The translations under genes were made by a program, and so were the position numbers. Positions 38,895-51,864 of a stretch of 64,000 nucleotides of DNA are shown in pieces (position 1 is the stretch's first letter; each line of letters opens with the position of its first letter). The stretch covers positions 98,644,001 to 98,708,000 of the forward strand of contig NC_087436.1 in NCBI RefSeq assembly GCF_036321535.1, written 5' to 3'. Origin of the DNA: Camelus dromedarius (taxonomy: Eukaryota). A model generated the notes under the pieces. That model was not told the DNA's origin. It did no database searches and saw only the letters and a list, made by a program, of their open reading frames with translations.

Positions 38895-39036
38895 TGGGGT
38901 TTTTTTGGGGGGTGGGTAATTAGGTGTATTTAATTTTTTAATTAGGCTTATTTATTTTTTAACAGAGGTACTGGGGACTGAACCCAGGACCCCATACATG
39001 CTAAGCATACCCTCTACCACTGAGCTGTACCCTCCC
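38895..39036 (-). mobile_element. vic-1-type camelid tRNA-derived SINE
   Basis: Reverse complement gggagggtacagctcagtggtagag...gggttcagtccccagtacctc; duplicated tail; degenerate TSD taaattgttttaaaatt / taaactatttaaatt. Confidence 0.9.
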
Positions 39037-40635
39037 TAAACTATTTAAATTAGTCTATTTTGCTAGTTACACTAATTAAACTTGCTAAATAATGGAAAGA
39101 AAGCCTTTTCTTCCTTTCTTGCCTTAGAGATATTAACAAGGAGGAATGTCCTTTTACATTCAGTGGTGAGCACATCCTTAATTTTAGCTCAGACAAGGTG
39201 TTTGGGAAGGTAGAATCTATTAAAGTAATAAATAGAGGTATTTGTGGGAACTGAATTGCACTCTAGAAGGCAGAGTCCAAAGGGGAATTTGTTTAGGAAA
39301 AAGAACTGAAAGCATATTCAATCAGACTTTTCAAGGAGACCATGATGAGCAGAACTGTATCTTAGTATAGGGATCTAGATGGTCATTATTGCAGGAAATT
39401 GAGTTTGGAAGAATAGTCCACTAAAATAGATACTGATTTCCCCAGGTGCATATGTCCTCATGTCTGCTTGTATCCGTGACAATGGTCTGTAGCCTAAAGT
39501 AATATAATTCGTTTCCATCAGAGTGCTATCCTTTGTACAAGAATTTAATAATCACATTTTATTACCCAGAATACTTTGGCCTTTATATTTCACATTGTGG
39601 ATTCAAATGACCTCAGCTGATGATTCTCTATTATCCTAAACCACTGCCGAGGAGGACAGAGAGAGGTTGTGATTAATGCTTTAGTCAATGAACTGTCAAC
39701 TAGCAAAGAGAAGCACAGTGATTGTAAAGCAAACAGTTATTCCTATCTTGGGCTTCCATTCATTATTTTTGTACAGTGTTGGTATTCTGTTGGCTTATTG
39801 TTACTCAGAATTATTAGATGTTATGAACAGTGAAAGACAATGAAATAAGCTATGATGCAGTCATGGGTGTTGTTAAATACATAACTCACCATATATGAAT
39901 CCCATATTGTGGAACGGTATAAAGAACAAAAAGAGGGAAAAAGCAGTAGAATAAAATACAGAAGGCTTGCTAGAAGCAACTGATTTTCCAAAACTCAAAT
40001 TTGAAAGTCAAAGGCTCTTATTTCAAAACTGTAGCAACCAAGTCTTCTGCTACTAGAAAATGGGAGAATGAGAGTGTTTCTAAAAAGTTATTGCATAAAA
40101 TTAGAGGCTTTTTATATGAAAAGAAAATAGAAGTGGCGGATCTCTGCATCTCTACAAGTGGTACCTATGAACTACTCGAACTTTCCAGACCACATTTTGG
40201 GCAAAATCTGCTTCCGTAATTGAAAATACAGACAGCATGAGAATAAATGATAACACTTCCAAACCGTGGGGTAAATAACATTGACCAGCTGATTTAACCC
40301 AACCTCAGAAGGTCAGAAAAGAAGAACATCTGCAAAGAAGCCGGTTGAAATCCAGATTCCAGTCATAAAAACTTGATCAGACAAGCAGGGTCAGAAATTA
40401 CTTAGGGGAAGCAATATTTGAAATGAAGCTGCCCATAGATATTCCAAATTAATCAAAATATACTTATTTCACTTTTGTGAAACCAAGCGTTTACCCAAAC
40501 AAAAAATAAAGGGGGAAGCAAGTGTACATTCACTTCTAATATATATTTGCCCAAGAAATAAAATATTTCAAGACTGTGAAGACAAATGGTATGCTTTATG
40601 CTTCTTAAATGCATTCTGTCACTTTGCTTACTTAA

Positions 40636-40816
40636 TACAAGTGTGCTTAGGTAAACAATTGCATCAGGATCAATGTGGATAATATTTTTTAAAAAATAGA
40701 TTACTAATCCCCAAGGCAGATCAAATGAATAATAATCTCTAAGGGATAAGCCATTAAACATAGATTTTAAGTTTTCAGGGTGATTCTCACGTACCTCAAA
40801 GTCTAAGAACAACTCT
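40636..40816. mobile_element. MER5-type hAT-Charlie element
   Basis: 'gcatcaggatca...gtgattctcacgtacc..aaagtctaagaac'. Confidence 0.65.
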
Positions 40817-40911
40817 CCAAACCATTGTATATTCCACTATCACCTGATATTATATAATTAAGTTACATTCCTACTCTTCATTTCAAATCACTACCCTGCA
40901 TGGCTGCCATT

Positions 40912-41215
40912 TGTATTAGAGAGTTATTCCTGCAGTAAAACTGCATAATGGATCACCTCAAATCTCAGTGGCTTACCAAAACAAAACTATTATTTATCTG
41001 CTTATAGGTGTACTGGTGCAAATTTGTTTCAAGATATGGGTCAACTGAGTTTGGTTCCAGACTTTGGGTCAGGTTGAACTGTGTCCCACGTGACCCATTC
41101 TGGGACCCATGCTGAAGGGGCAGCAGACGTCTAGCACATGTCTGGAGAGCACAGGTACACAAGCATAAGTGTGCATGTACGTACACGTTGAGCGGTTCTT
41201 CTTGCTTCACAAGTT
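40912..41215 (-). mobile_element. MaLR LTR, MLT1H/I-like
   Basis: 'tgtattag...caaatctcagtggctta...ctgggacccatgctgaaggggcagcag'. Confidence 0.75.
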
Positions 41216-41219
41216 GAGT

Positions 41220-41480
41220 TTTTCGTGTGCTCCATCAGACTTCTGCATCTGTTGTTCTAATTACCTAGAATGATCTCCCTCCACATATTTTCCACTGTCT
41301 CCTTTTTCCCCCCAGTTCTTGAATCAAATGTCATCTCCTTAGAGAGAACTCCCCTGACTATCTCTGCCCTCCCCATACACTCTTAACCATATCTTGCAAT
41401 TCTATTTTCTCCCTATGACTTATAATAATTTGAACTTTTCCTATTTATTCTCATCTTAATCTATTTTATTTATTTCCATC
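41220..41480 (+). mobile_element. L2 (5' piece; 3' tail at ~44320-44435)
   Basis: 'caaatgtcatctccttagagagaactcccctgact'. Confidence 0.75.
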
Positions 41481-41484
41481 TGCT

Positions 41485-44310
41485 TTTCTTTTTCCAGCTT
41501 TTTGTAGCAGAGATGTAGATAGTTGATTTTAAATGGTCTCCTTTTTCTTCCTATACACTTTGAGGTATAAAAATTTCTCTATGTACCACTTTAATTATGT
41601 CTACAAATTTTGTGAAGTTTTGTTTTCAGTAATATTTGGCATGAGACATTTTCTGATTTCTACTGATCTTTTATTTGACCCATAGGGATTAGGGATATGG
41701 TTGTTTATTTTTGAATAGTTGGAAAATTTCTAGGTTTTATTTTATAGTTTTCTTGCTTATGCTTATTGGGTTCAGATTGAAATCTCCTATATAGTTTTTA
41801 ATTATTTGAAACTTATTGAAATTCATTTTATGCTCCAGACTGTAGTTTATATTGGTGAATATTTCCTGTGTCTTTAAAAAGAATGTATATTCTGTCCTTG
41901 TTGGATATGGTGCCTCATAAATACCAATTAGGTAAAATCAGATAGTTTTCATTCCTATATCCTTAACTTTTGTATACTTATTCAGTAATATACTGAGAAA
42001 TTAGTGTTAAAATCTTCAATATTTAATTTTTGTTACATGTATTTTAAAGCTCTGTTATGAGATATATACACTCTAAAGACTATTAAGCCTTCCTGATGAA
42101 TTTACCCTTTTGTTATTATAAAAAATCTTTGTCTTTGGTAATAACTACTTTATTGGATATTAATGTAAGTTAGGCCACAATCATTAGTTTCTGTATTGTG
42201 CATCATTTCCCATCCTTTCAGTTTCTCTGTGCCCTTTAAATTTTATCTCCTGTAAAAGCCATACAGTTGGATATTTTTATATTCATACTGGCAATCTCTG
42301 TCTTTTAAAGGTAATGTTTAGTACATTTGAATTTAATTTAATTATTGACATGATTGGTATTAAGTTTACTATTTTGTGATTTATTTTCTCTATATTTTCT
42401 CTACACTTTGTCTTTCCCTATCTTTGCTTGCATAAATCAAGTATTTATTTACTGTTTTTAGTATTGCATTTTAACTTTCATATGAGATTTTTATCTATAC
42501 ATGTTTGTATTACATTTTTAGTGGTATTAGAAGGATTGCAATACAGACTCTTAACTTATCACAATCTATCATAAATTAGTATTAGATCATTCTAGTACAA
42601 CATAAAAATCTTATAAGACTTATAACAATATAAGAAATAAGAACATGTAGGCAGTCCTTGCTTTGCACATCTCTGATATGTAAGAATTTCTGTTACCATG
42701 TGCATGAGGCCCCAACTCACCATTTAAATTTTAGATACTGCAGCATATTAAAACTGCGAGTAAACAATAAACTTAGCCAGCTCTTCAGTCCACAAAGCAC
42801 TATGTAAGTAACAGGTGTGTTTCATGATCAGTACCCACTGCACAACTGCTTTTTGGTTCATGCACAGACAGGAAATCATATAATCGGGTTGCTTCCTTGT
42901 CTTCCAATGATAAAACCATGTGTCAGTTTACAAAATGGATGACCAAAAGAAGGAACTGAGTAATAAAGTTGAGAACATAGCAAAAATTTAAAAATTACAA
43001 TGTTGCAATTAAATTAGAAGTTATAGAGGAAATAGCTGACCATAGGGATGTTGACACTGCTACAATCTGAGAGATACTCAGTGTGCAACCAGGGAAACTC
43101 AGTGGAGGTGACTTATTGACATAAATGAGATAATCCTAAAAATGTGACAAAAAGGATAAAGATGTCCCAGAGTAAGAGACTCTGGCAAAACTTTGCATTA
43201 AAGAACTTTTGGAGATATTTCATGACATTTAAAGTATAAGGGGAAAATACAGAAAAACTCTTCATGCTTAGAAAGTATTATGACACAAATTCGAAAAGAC
43301 AGAAAGATGCTCAAACAACATCCTAAGTCATATGCCAAGAAGAAGACAAGATCTGAACAACTGTTCAAACTATATTTATACTTTTTTAAACAAACAAAAA
43401 AAACTATTGTTTTAAGTTAAAATGTACTAAATAAATATGAAGGGTTTTTTTCATTTCCTTATGTATTTAATTTTTAAGATCACTTTGCACAGTTACAGCT
43501 TACCAATCAGGACTGCCTTTGATTCTTTTTACCCATCTGTGCTACTGTTTTCATATATTTCTGTGCATATTATATGCATCAGAGTGCTTTGCTATTATTT
43601 TTAAATTTTTAATACTTTTTTTTAAAAGCAGTATTTTATATTTACTCACATATTTACTATTTGGGATTCTCTATATTTTTTTCTTAAGATCTCAACTTCT
43701 ACTTTGATTTTTTTTTCCTTTAACTTTTAAGCCTAAATTTTATTTTTATAATTAAAAAATTAGTGCCCCAACTATCATTTGTCAAAAATATATATTTATT
43801 TCTACTTAAATTTGGAAGGAAATTTTGACTGCATATAGATTTCTAAATTGCCTTTGTTTTTCCTCTTTTAGCACTTTAATGATGCTGTTTCTTGTTTTCT
43901 GGCCTCCACTGTTTTTAATGAGATGAGAATTACTGCTTATAATATTTTTCCCTCGAATATAATATGAATTTTGAGGGGAGAGGTTTCTTAGAAAGTTTCT
44001 TTCCTTTTCTTCATTTTTTTAGCAATTTAACTGTGTTCCCAAGTGTGATTTCCATGCTTAATCCTTCTTGAACTATAATGAGCTTGATGGATCTGTGGTT
44101 TTACCTTTTATTAATTTAGAAAAAAATGGCTAAATGGCCATTATCTCTTCAAATATTTATTCTGGTCAATTCAGAATAGTTCCTCTGTTCATTCTTCATA
44201 GTCCATTGTCCAATGCTTGAGAACAGTTGCTCTGTATATTTTACTCAACATCATAAGCATTTATGTGGGGTATGTCTAATATTAACTATTCCATCATGGT
44301 CAGAAATAGT
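41485..44310 (-). mobile_element. Old L1M (5'UTR-ORF1-ORF2 endonuclease region), interrupted by Tigger
   Basis: T-rich reverse L1: 'ggtgaatatttcctgtg...aagaatgtatattctg', 'ttttctggcctccactgttt'. Confidence 0.8.
42648..43518 (+). mobile_element. Tigger13a-like TcMar element
   Basis: Perfect 10-bp TIR aggcagtcct (42649-42658) / aggactgcct (43509-43518); 5' 'gctttgcac...gaatttctgttacca'. Confidence 0.82.
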
Positions 44311-45492
44311 GTTTATTATATTTTAATGGGTTTATTTTCCTGCTCTCCTATCGGAGGAAAGATTTCATCAATCTTGTTTTCATCTATTTTCTTGGCATCA
44401 ATATAAATGAACATATTCATTGAAAAAAATGACTGTAAGCGATTATTTGAAGACATGGTTTTATGATTCTATCACCAGATGACTCAAGGTATTATCAGTA
44501 CGGGTGTTGGGAAATGTATCAAGATTATCTAAATCCCAGTGCTGAAATTCAGTTAGTGCACACGGATACATACATGATTTTTAAAACCTACTTGCATTTA
44601 AAGTTTTTTCTTCTTCATATTGTTTATGTAGAAACAATGAATTCAGTGTAAATTTGTATTAATTCATTTATTCTTTATTTCTAATTTATAATATAAGGGG
44701 CATATTTTAAATAGTTTAAACTTATTAGTTTACATTTAAGTTAATTTTATTACAGTAATTCATTAGTCATTCACAGCAAAATAAATTCCAATTAATTCTA
44801 GTTTTCTATTGTATATCAATTATTTCCAGTCCCATAAACTTTGTTATGTAGCACTTATGATTCTAAATCAAAGATCTTTTTAAGTGAATTTAGGCTATTT
44901 TTGTTCATTTCCTAGATAAACACATTAGAAAAAACACTTTATTATTTTATTGCAAGTTGAATTAAGAACTGTAGTACTGCATTATTATTTTTTGAATTGC
45001 AAACTTGAGAAAATTGTACTAAAACTTAGGAAAATATAATTGCCAAGTTTAACTGCTGAAAAGATAACAATTAAAATTTATAAATGGATATTAATAAAGT
45101 AAATATTCAAAAAATAGATTTTAAGTTTCTCCATGCTCTATTGTAAAATTGTCAATTGCTGTAATATTCCTATTTCTTTTATTGTTAGAGTTTTAAGGAA
45201 CTTTGAATTTTCCCACGTTAAGTCTGATTTATTTGTTCATTCTTAAGTTGCAAGTAACTTTACATTTGTTTTTATGATTAAAAAACTATCGTATTATTTA
45301 AAAAGGCAAAAAAATTATTAAGTGGTCCAGAAAGGATGAGAAAAGGAGAGAAAAATAGTGTTTATTTCATGCATTTTATGATCCATAATATCCTTTTTTT
45401 CAATCTTTAATTTTAGGATGTTTTGATATTGATGTTATACTAACTTATAACTGCTTTTTTTAAATTTCTAAAACCTAGGAACATATTTTCTC

Positions 45493-45687
45493 TTTTTTTT
45501 TAAAGTATAGTCAGTTTCTAATGTGTCAGTTTCTGGGGTGCAGCATAATAGTTCAGTTATACATATACATACATATACTCATTTTATATTCTTTTTCATT
45601 ATAGATTACTACAAGGTATTGAATATAGTTCCCTGTGCTATACAGTATAAACTTGTTGTTTATCTATTTTATATACAGTGGTTAGTA
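45493..45687 (-). mobile_element. Young camelid-type L1 3' end
   Basis: poly(T) + 'aagtatagtcagttt...gaatatagttccctgtgctatacag', reverse of the 8013 copy. Confidence 0.9.
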
Positions 45688-46754
45688 GATTTGAAAGTGC
45701 TTATCTACCTCCAAATGGTCTCATTTGTTATCTTGTAAATGTATCTCTAGTGGTCTAGAAATAGCCTCTAATTTTTTTTTTCAGAAAACTCATCTCAACT
45801 CAGCAATGACTTACTTGCACATAATAGGTGCTGTGTCATAAATTAATGCAATAAATTTGTAGTCTAATTAATAATTATCTCAGTAAAACTGATGAAGTCA
45901 TTATTCTTACCTTTAATATAGAGTCAGAAACACTTCATTAGCATTTTATGTGATTAATGCATATATGTCAATAATTTCTGTAGAATATATTCTGTAATTC
46001 AGACTTTTCATCATTTTAACATTAGTTCCCTTTTCTACTCACAGCTTTCTCGGAAACATTACTGAGCCTTTACAGTAAATAAATGTGGTAATATCTATTT
46101 TGGACTTTCTGAATGTAATCACAACAGCTGTGTTTTATTTCTGGGAGGGTTTCATTTTTCAGCTTATGAAATTGTAGGGAAGATGATGAGATAAGTAGAA
46201 AGTAAGTAAAAGCTCCAACTCAAGGATGAGAAACATTTTGCTCTTGCTCCCTAAAGATGATGATAAAGAAAATTTGTTTTGCCCCTGCTGGATGGAATTT
46301 TAAGATAGAAACAGTAACAAAGGTATTCAATGATACCTTTCTTCATGTATATGATTGACTTGAAATTATTGAAATTATTTCAGTAACCATCTCCTGACCA
46401 TGATATTCAGGGATATATGGATCCCTGTAGCTTTATATTGTTTATGAACTTTATGTATTTTGGGACAACAAACAATGACTTGTATGTAACTCTAAATTAA
46501 TAGGTCAAAATGGCATGGAATATATAGATTGAATAATTAAGCACAGAGAATGTATTAATATTATTCTCTAGAAGCAAAATAAATTTTATGCTAGAAAATA
46601 TTCCCATAGCTACCCTGTGCCTTTCATATCTAAGTTTATTTTTATTATGGGATCTCTAATATCTTAGTTATATTTTCTCCCAGTGAAATTTTTGGAACAT
46701 AATTATTTATGTTTAATTTATAATTTATCAAACTAGTCATAAAAATATTTCCTG

Positions 46755-47268
46755 TTTCATATGGTCTTTTGGAAACTTCCCATTTCATAATCAAGAGGTG
46801 GAGCATACGTCCATTTTCTTTGCACCTGGGCCAACCTTTGTGATTACCCCATTAAGAGTCTGGCAGAAATGAAGATGTATAACTTCCAAGGCTGAACCAT
46901 TAAAGTCAATAGAGTTCCCATCTGTCTCTCTCTCTTTCTCTCTCTGGAAATAACTACCATCAGAACACAGCCACCATACTCCAAAGAACTCCAAGCCACA
47001 TGGGTTGGAACAAAGCCTCAAGCCTTCAGCCACATCTGAGATCCCAGCTAATAGCCAACACATACTTGCCAGCCCTGGGAGCAAGCCATCTTGGAAGTGG
47101 ATCTTCTAATCCTCCATCAAGTTGCCTCAGCTGATGCTGCGTGAATAGACAAACCTTTTTCCCATGTCGTGTTCAGACTGCAGATTTGTGAGCAAGATAA
47201 TTAATTGTTGTTGTTTTCAGCCACTAAGCATTCAAGTGGTTTTCTCTTCAGCAACAGATAAGTGGAAT
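46755..47268 (+). mobile_element. MaLR LTR, MLT1G/H-like
   Basis: 'gccatcttggaagtggatc', 'gactgcagatttgtgagcaa...agccactaag...gcaacagataa'. Confidence 0.85.
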
Positions 47269-47417
47269 AAATAAAACAAGAAAAATAAAAGTTGCTAACT
47301 TTCAGCAAGATATGCAAATAAAGCCATAGAAATAAATTCAAAAGATGTTTTGACTTCCACCACTAGTGCATTGAATCTCAGCCTTATGTTTGAGCATCTG
47401 CTCATTTTCCATCACTT

Positions 47418-47473
47418 TTTTTTTTTGAAGTATAGTGAGTTACAATGTATCAATTTCTGGTATACAGCTAATG
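47418..47473 (-). mobile_element. Extremely truncated (56 bp) L1 3' end with perfect TSD
   Basis: TSD ccatcactt 47409-47417 / 47474-47482; poly(T)+gaagtatag...caatttctggtatacagc. Confidence 0.85.
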
Positions 47474-47616
47474 CCATCACTTGTATGAACAATCTACTAC
47501 CTACATGATTGATATTTTAAAAAATGTGAGTCATAAAATATTTCATATCAAGTTGTAAGTATCAAATTCTATAAGTCAACAACAAAAATTTTGACTAGAC
47601 TAGAATCTGTAAAAAA

Positions 47617-48180
47617 GGAGCTGACAATGTTGAACTCTACCTGAGCCCTGTGCTCCCGTAAAACTGGTATTGACACCAAATCTGCCCCTCCCCAAGATTT
47701 TTTTTCCCTACAAAAAATTCTACAGTAAAGAAGTATCCTCCTCATATCACTTAGATGAGACATTCATAAATGAGTTTACTTGTGACAGGCCAGACACAGA
47801 CCCTTCAAATACTCATTCTAGATCACACAAGTGATGAACTAAACTGTTTGATTCCACCACCTGATCTGGAGAAAAGTCTTGCACTGGAATTCGAACAACC
47901 CTTACTCAAAGGAACCCTTCCGAAAAGCTGTTAATGACAAGGAAAAATATTCTCAGATCAGCTATCCCATCACACCAATCCCACTCCCACATATCCAGTT
48001 CTTTCTAGCATTGTTTAGTCCTCATAAAATACAAGCTTTTTTCCTCCTCACCTATGATACTTCTGCAGATCTTCAGATAAGCTGGAGCTTTCTAATTTTT
48101 GCAATAATCCCTCTCCCCTATTATGATAACCTTTTTAAATAAAGTCTCCCTTTTACCTACATTTGTATTTGTTTTCACCA
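47617..48180 (+). mobile_element. ERV1 solo LTR, MER90/MER110-like
   Basis: 'actctacctgagccctgtgctcc', 'ggccagacacagaccct', 'aataaagtctccctt', TG...CA ends. Confidence 0.75.
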
Positions 48181-48910
48181 GATAGAGCCAATAGTTATAA
48201 TTTGAGAATCCCCTATTCCTCCATCAAGAAACATCAGAAAAACTGTCAGTTCTATCCAGTACCACATTCTATCCAATTCTATCTGATATCCACCTCTATA
48301 GTAGACAATGAGCTTCTTGTGAACAGAAAAGTTGGTGTTTTTTCCCTTGAACTGAATTTTGTGATCATAATTTCAAACTTAACCATTCTTATGAAATTGA
48401 ATGAAAATAGGTAGAAAAGAGAAATGTGGCAGTTCTCTCCTTTTTCTCTACACCACTGATCTGGAAAGATCTTGCCTTAAAACTGCTTTGTGCATTCAGT
48501 AGAGTAATTTATCCTGAAAAAAAAAATCCAAAAACATGAAAACAAGATTACATTGTGTACCAGGATTAACCTGTGAGGAGCCAAATATCCTAACCAGAAA
48601 AAGAGAGTTAATGCCTTGGATAATTTCTGTGGCATTTGCAATCTGCCAAAACATAATGAACTCCTTTGCAAGAACTCCTAATAAAAGACCGATATCCCTG
48701 ACAGGTGGTTGGGGATGTCCAACATTACTGTACAACAGGAGGCAACCAGCACAGGAGAAGCTACCCACTACCCACTAGACACAAGATTGGAGCCACTACT
48801 TGCTAAATGTTAGAGATCGGAAGAGTAGTAAATGCCCCAATCATTTCATGTAACAATTAATTTTTATGATCAGAAATAAACATATTCATTTCAAATGAAT
48901 TCAGTGTGCA

Positions 48911-49083
48911 CAGTAGCATGCTGGTAATGTTTAACTATCAGCTTTCTGAGAATAAAAAAGACAGCATTAAAATCTCCACAAAACCCTGATTTTTAAAGTT
49001 TGTCAATGTCTGTAATATAAATACTCCTACCATTGCCAGTCTTAAATTACCAGCTGGAGGCTGATTGGACCCAGTACACCACT
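48911..49083 (+). mobile_element. MER63-like hAT-Blackjack MITE
   Basis: TIRs cagtagcatgctgg / ccagtacaccact. Confidence 0.75.
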
Positions 49084-50759
49084 TAATATATATTTGGATT
49101 TATACGTGTGTGTGTGTGTATGCACGTTTTTGTATGTGTACCTATATATTTACATTAATCATATATTCTGTGTATTATATATTCTGCACTTTTGTTCAAT
49201 ATGTATGAGTTTTATATATACTGCAGCGCAATAAAATAAGTCTTTCTGAAGTTGGAAATACAGTGATATTTTGAATAAAGTATTAGGCATGATGTTAAGA
49301 TTCAGAACCTCAGGAAACTAACAACCTGTTAAGAAAACTTAGAGAACAACCAATAAGAAAAGATTTGTTATTGCCATACTCCTGTAATACTTACCAACAT
49401 ACATACATCAATACTGAAAATGTATATTGGAATATTCTCATATTTGTATTTTTAAATACATAGAAGCATTGGTTTTATCTCTGGGGTAAACGTCTCACGG
49501 ATTTCATATTCTATATAAGTTGGTTGTAAAAGTTTCTATTATTTTAGTCTGGATTATTGTAGTAAATTTAACTGTATATAATGGCTACATAATCAGACAG
49601 TGATAAAAATGGCTCTTTTGCATTTGCCTTCCAGAAAAATACAAGCAGAGCTTACAAAAGCCAGCAACAGGTTGTGGCCAATAGAGCTTTACTGCATGTA
49701 ATTAAATCAGCATCGCCGTTACTATAGCCAAGTGCTTTGAAAAATTGAGTGGACTTTTTTTTTTAAAGAGGAGGAAATCAATATGTCTTTGGGAGGAATA
49801 TGGTAATCTGTGCTATAAGAAAACGTATTCATCCAGAAGATTGATTTTAAATGGATTTACAAAGAGTGGCTATAATTCCATTGCACAAAACCTGAGTAGA
49901 AGATGTTTATAGAATTAAAAGGGCTCATGAGAAAGTTATACTTACCATGCAAAAATCAAGTAAACACTTCCTTCTACCCTCCCTCTTCAAATAACTAGGA
50001 AAATCTGATCGCATCTTTTTTTCTCTTTCACATTGAAGTACACTTTCAAAGGACCAAGAGTTGAAATCAATCTCTATTCCAAAGAGGAAAAAATGTTACA
50101 TGAAATAAAATAATTTCCATCACAAAGGCAGAGGGAGAAAGTAGGAGTGAACAGGAGAAGTTCTTCAGAGACTACCTTTTGGAAGAAATGATCACTGAAC
50201 ATATTCAATGAATGGCAAATAAATGTCCCTTTGCAAGATTTTTTTTTTGCATATTTATATTTTAAAGGCATGAAATGGTCATGTTAAGGTCCTATTAATA
50301 TGGAACTCTTATTGTTTCATTTTGTTTAATTTTCTTCTTTAAAGTGTTTTTTTAATTGATAAATTAAGTATTATTTTTAAAGGTTGTCACCAAAAGGAGA
50401 AAAATTTGAATAAAAAAGGAAAGGAGGACATGAATACCTTTGTGAAGCTTGGGCCTTTGAATTTGTTGGTTTTAAACCGATATTGTGAGAATGCCCAATA
50501 TACAACTGATTTCATAAAAAGGGGACATGCTACCTCAGATGGGTAGTAATCCCTGAGAACTCACTTTGGATCACTAGGACTCAACTCTTCTTAAGGAATG
50601 TCACTCTCTGCTTCCCCTCGCCCTCTACTTTTTTTAATATTGTTGGGTTTCTATAGTTGGGAGCCATATTTTTGCTTTCATTCAAGTAGCAGCAATGAGT
50701 TTTGAGCTATCTGGGAATAGGACCCTTAGGAAACCAAATCAGAATTACTTGGACTGGTG

Positions 50760-50896
50760 ACCTGACATACCTTGTGGCCTCCTTGGAACTGCTCAGATCA
50801 ACTACTTCAGACTTTATTGGAATTGGAGTTGGGAAACTCTCGTTTTAACCAATTCTTCAACGATTCTCTATATATTAATGTTTGAAAACGTCTAGC
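50760..50896. mobile_element. MER5-type fragment
   Basis: 'ttttaaccaattc...gattct...gtttgaaaac'. Confidence 0.5.
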
Positions 50897-51254
50897 TCAG
50901 AGGAAGAATGAAGTTACCTGTCCTGTGCTCATTACAAATTTGTGGGAATGCCTCATTAACCTTCTTCCAAAAACCAGCTTTAATACTAGCAAAATCATTT
51001 AACTAATACAAAATATGGCATAGATGGAAGAATGTGTTTTCACCCTCATCTTAACTTGGATGTAATTAATTTTTAATTTTCTTTCCCATTGAAATGCTTA
51101 ATGCAAATTGGTCATTTGCTAGAATGTGGCATAAGAAAATTAGTGAATATTGTTAAGTGTCAGAATTCCTAGGTTTTAATTTTGACTTGGGCGCTAATTG
51201 GCTTTTTTACCTTGGGCAATTCACTTAAATTTTAACTTATGTAAAAATTAATTT

Positions 51255-51860
51255 TGATTGTATAAATCATACATGAGTATGTTATCCTCTTTAAAAAGAA
51301 AAATTCAAATATTATATATGAAGCAAAATTTCCTCTTGACAAACACCTTCAATTTCAATTTCTTCCAAGAATTAGCCACAGTCATTACTTTGGTTTATCT
51401 ATCCAGATAAGGATACATGGATAGATAGATAAATAGGTAAATACTGATAGAGATACAGATAAAGAGAAAGAGAAATATGTATATTTACAAATGCATAGTA
51501 GCACTGTATGCTTTGGTTTATAGAGGGCATGCTACTGTACAGTTTCTTAGTTGATTTTTTTATTAAATAAAATATCTTCTAAATTTTTCTATATTAATCC
51601 ATTAGAATCACACTTACTCTCCTTAACTGCTGTATAACATAGATAACATATAAGTCATTTGTCCATTTCATTACTTACAGCATGTAGGATATTTATAGAT
51701 TTGCTTAGTTTCATTTTTACTTTTGGTTGTTATTATTCATAAAATTAATGTTTCATATTTTTGGTATGAACTTCTTTGTTAAAATATATAAATGCTTCTC
51801 CAAAATGTATATCACAATCTAGAATAACTGGGTCAAAGAATATATGTGTTTATATTTTCT
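51255..51860 (-). mobile_element. L1ME-like 3' fragment
   Basis: 'ttaactgctgtataa', 'ataactgggtcaaagaatat'. Confidence 0.55.
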
Positions 51861-51864
51861 AGAC

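Noticed and set aside
48477..48778. Three overlapping ORFs in non-repetitive DNA
   Set aside because: No recognisable protein and no clear exon boundaries.
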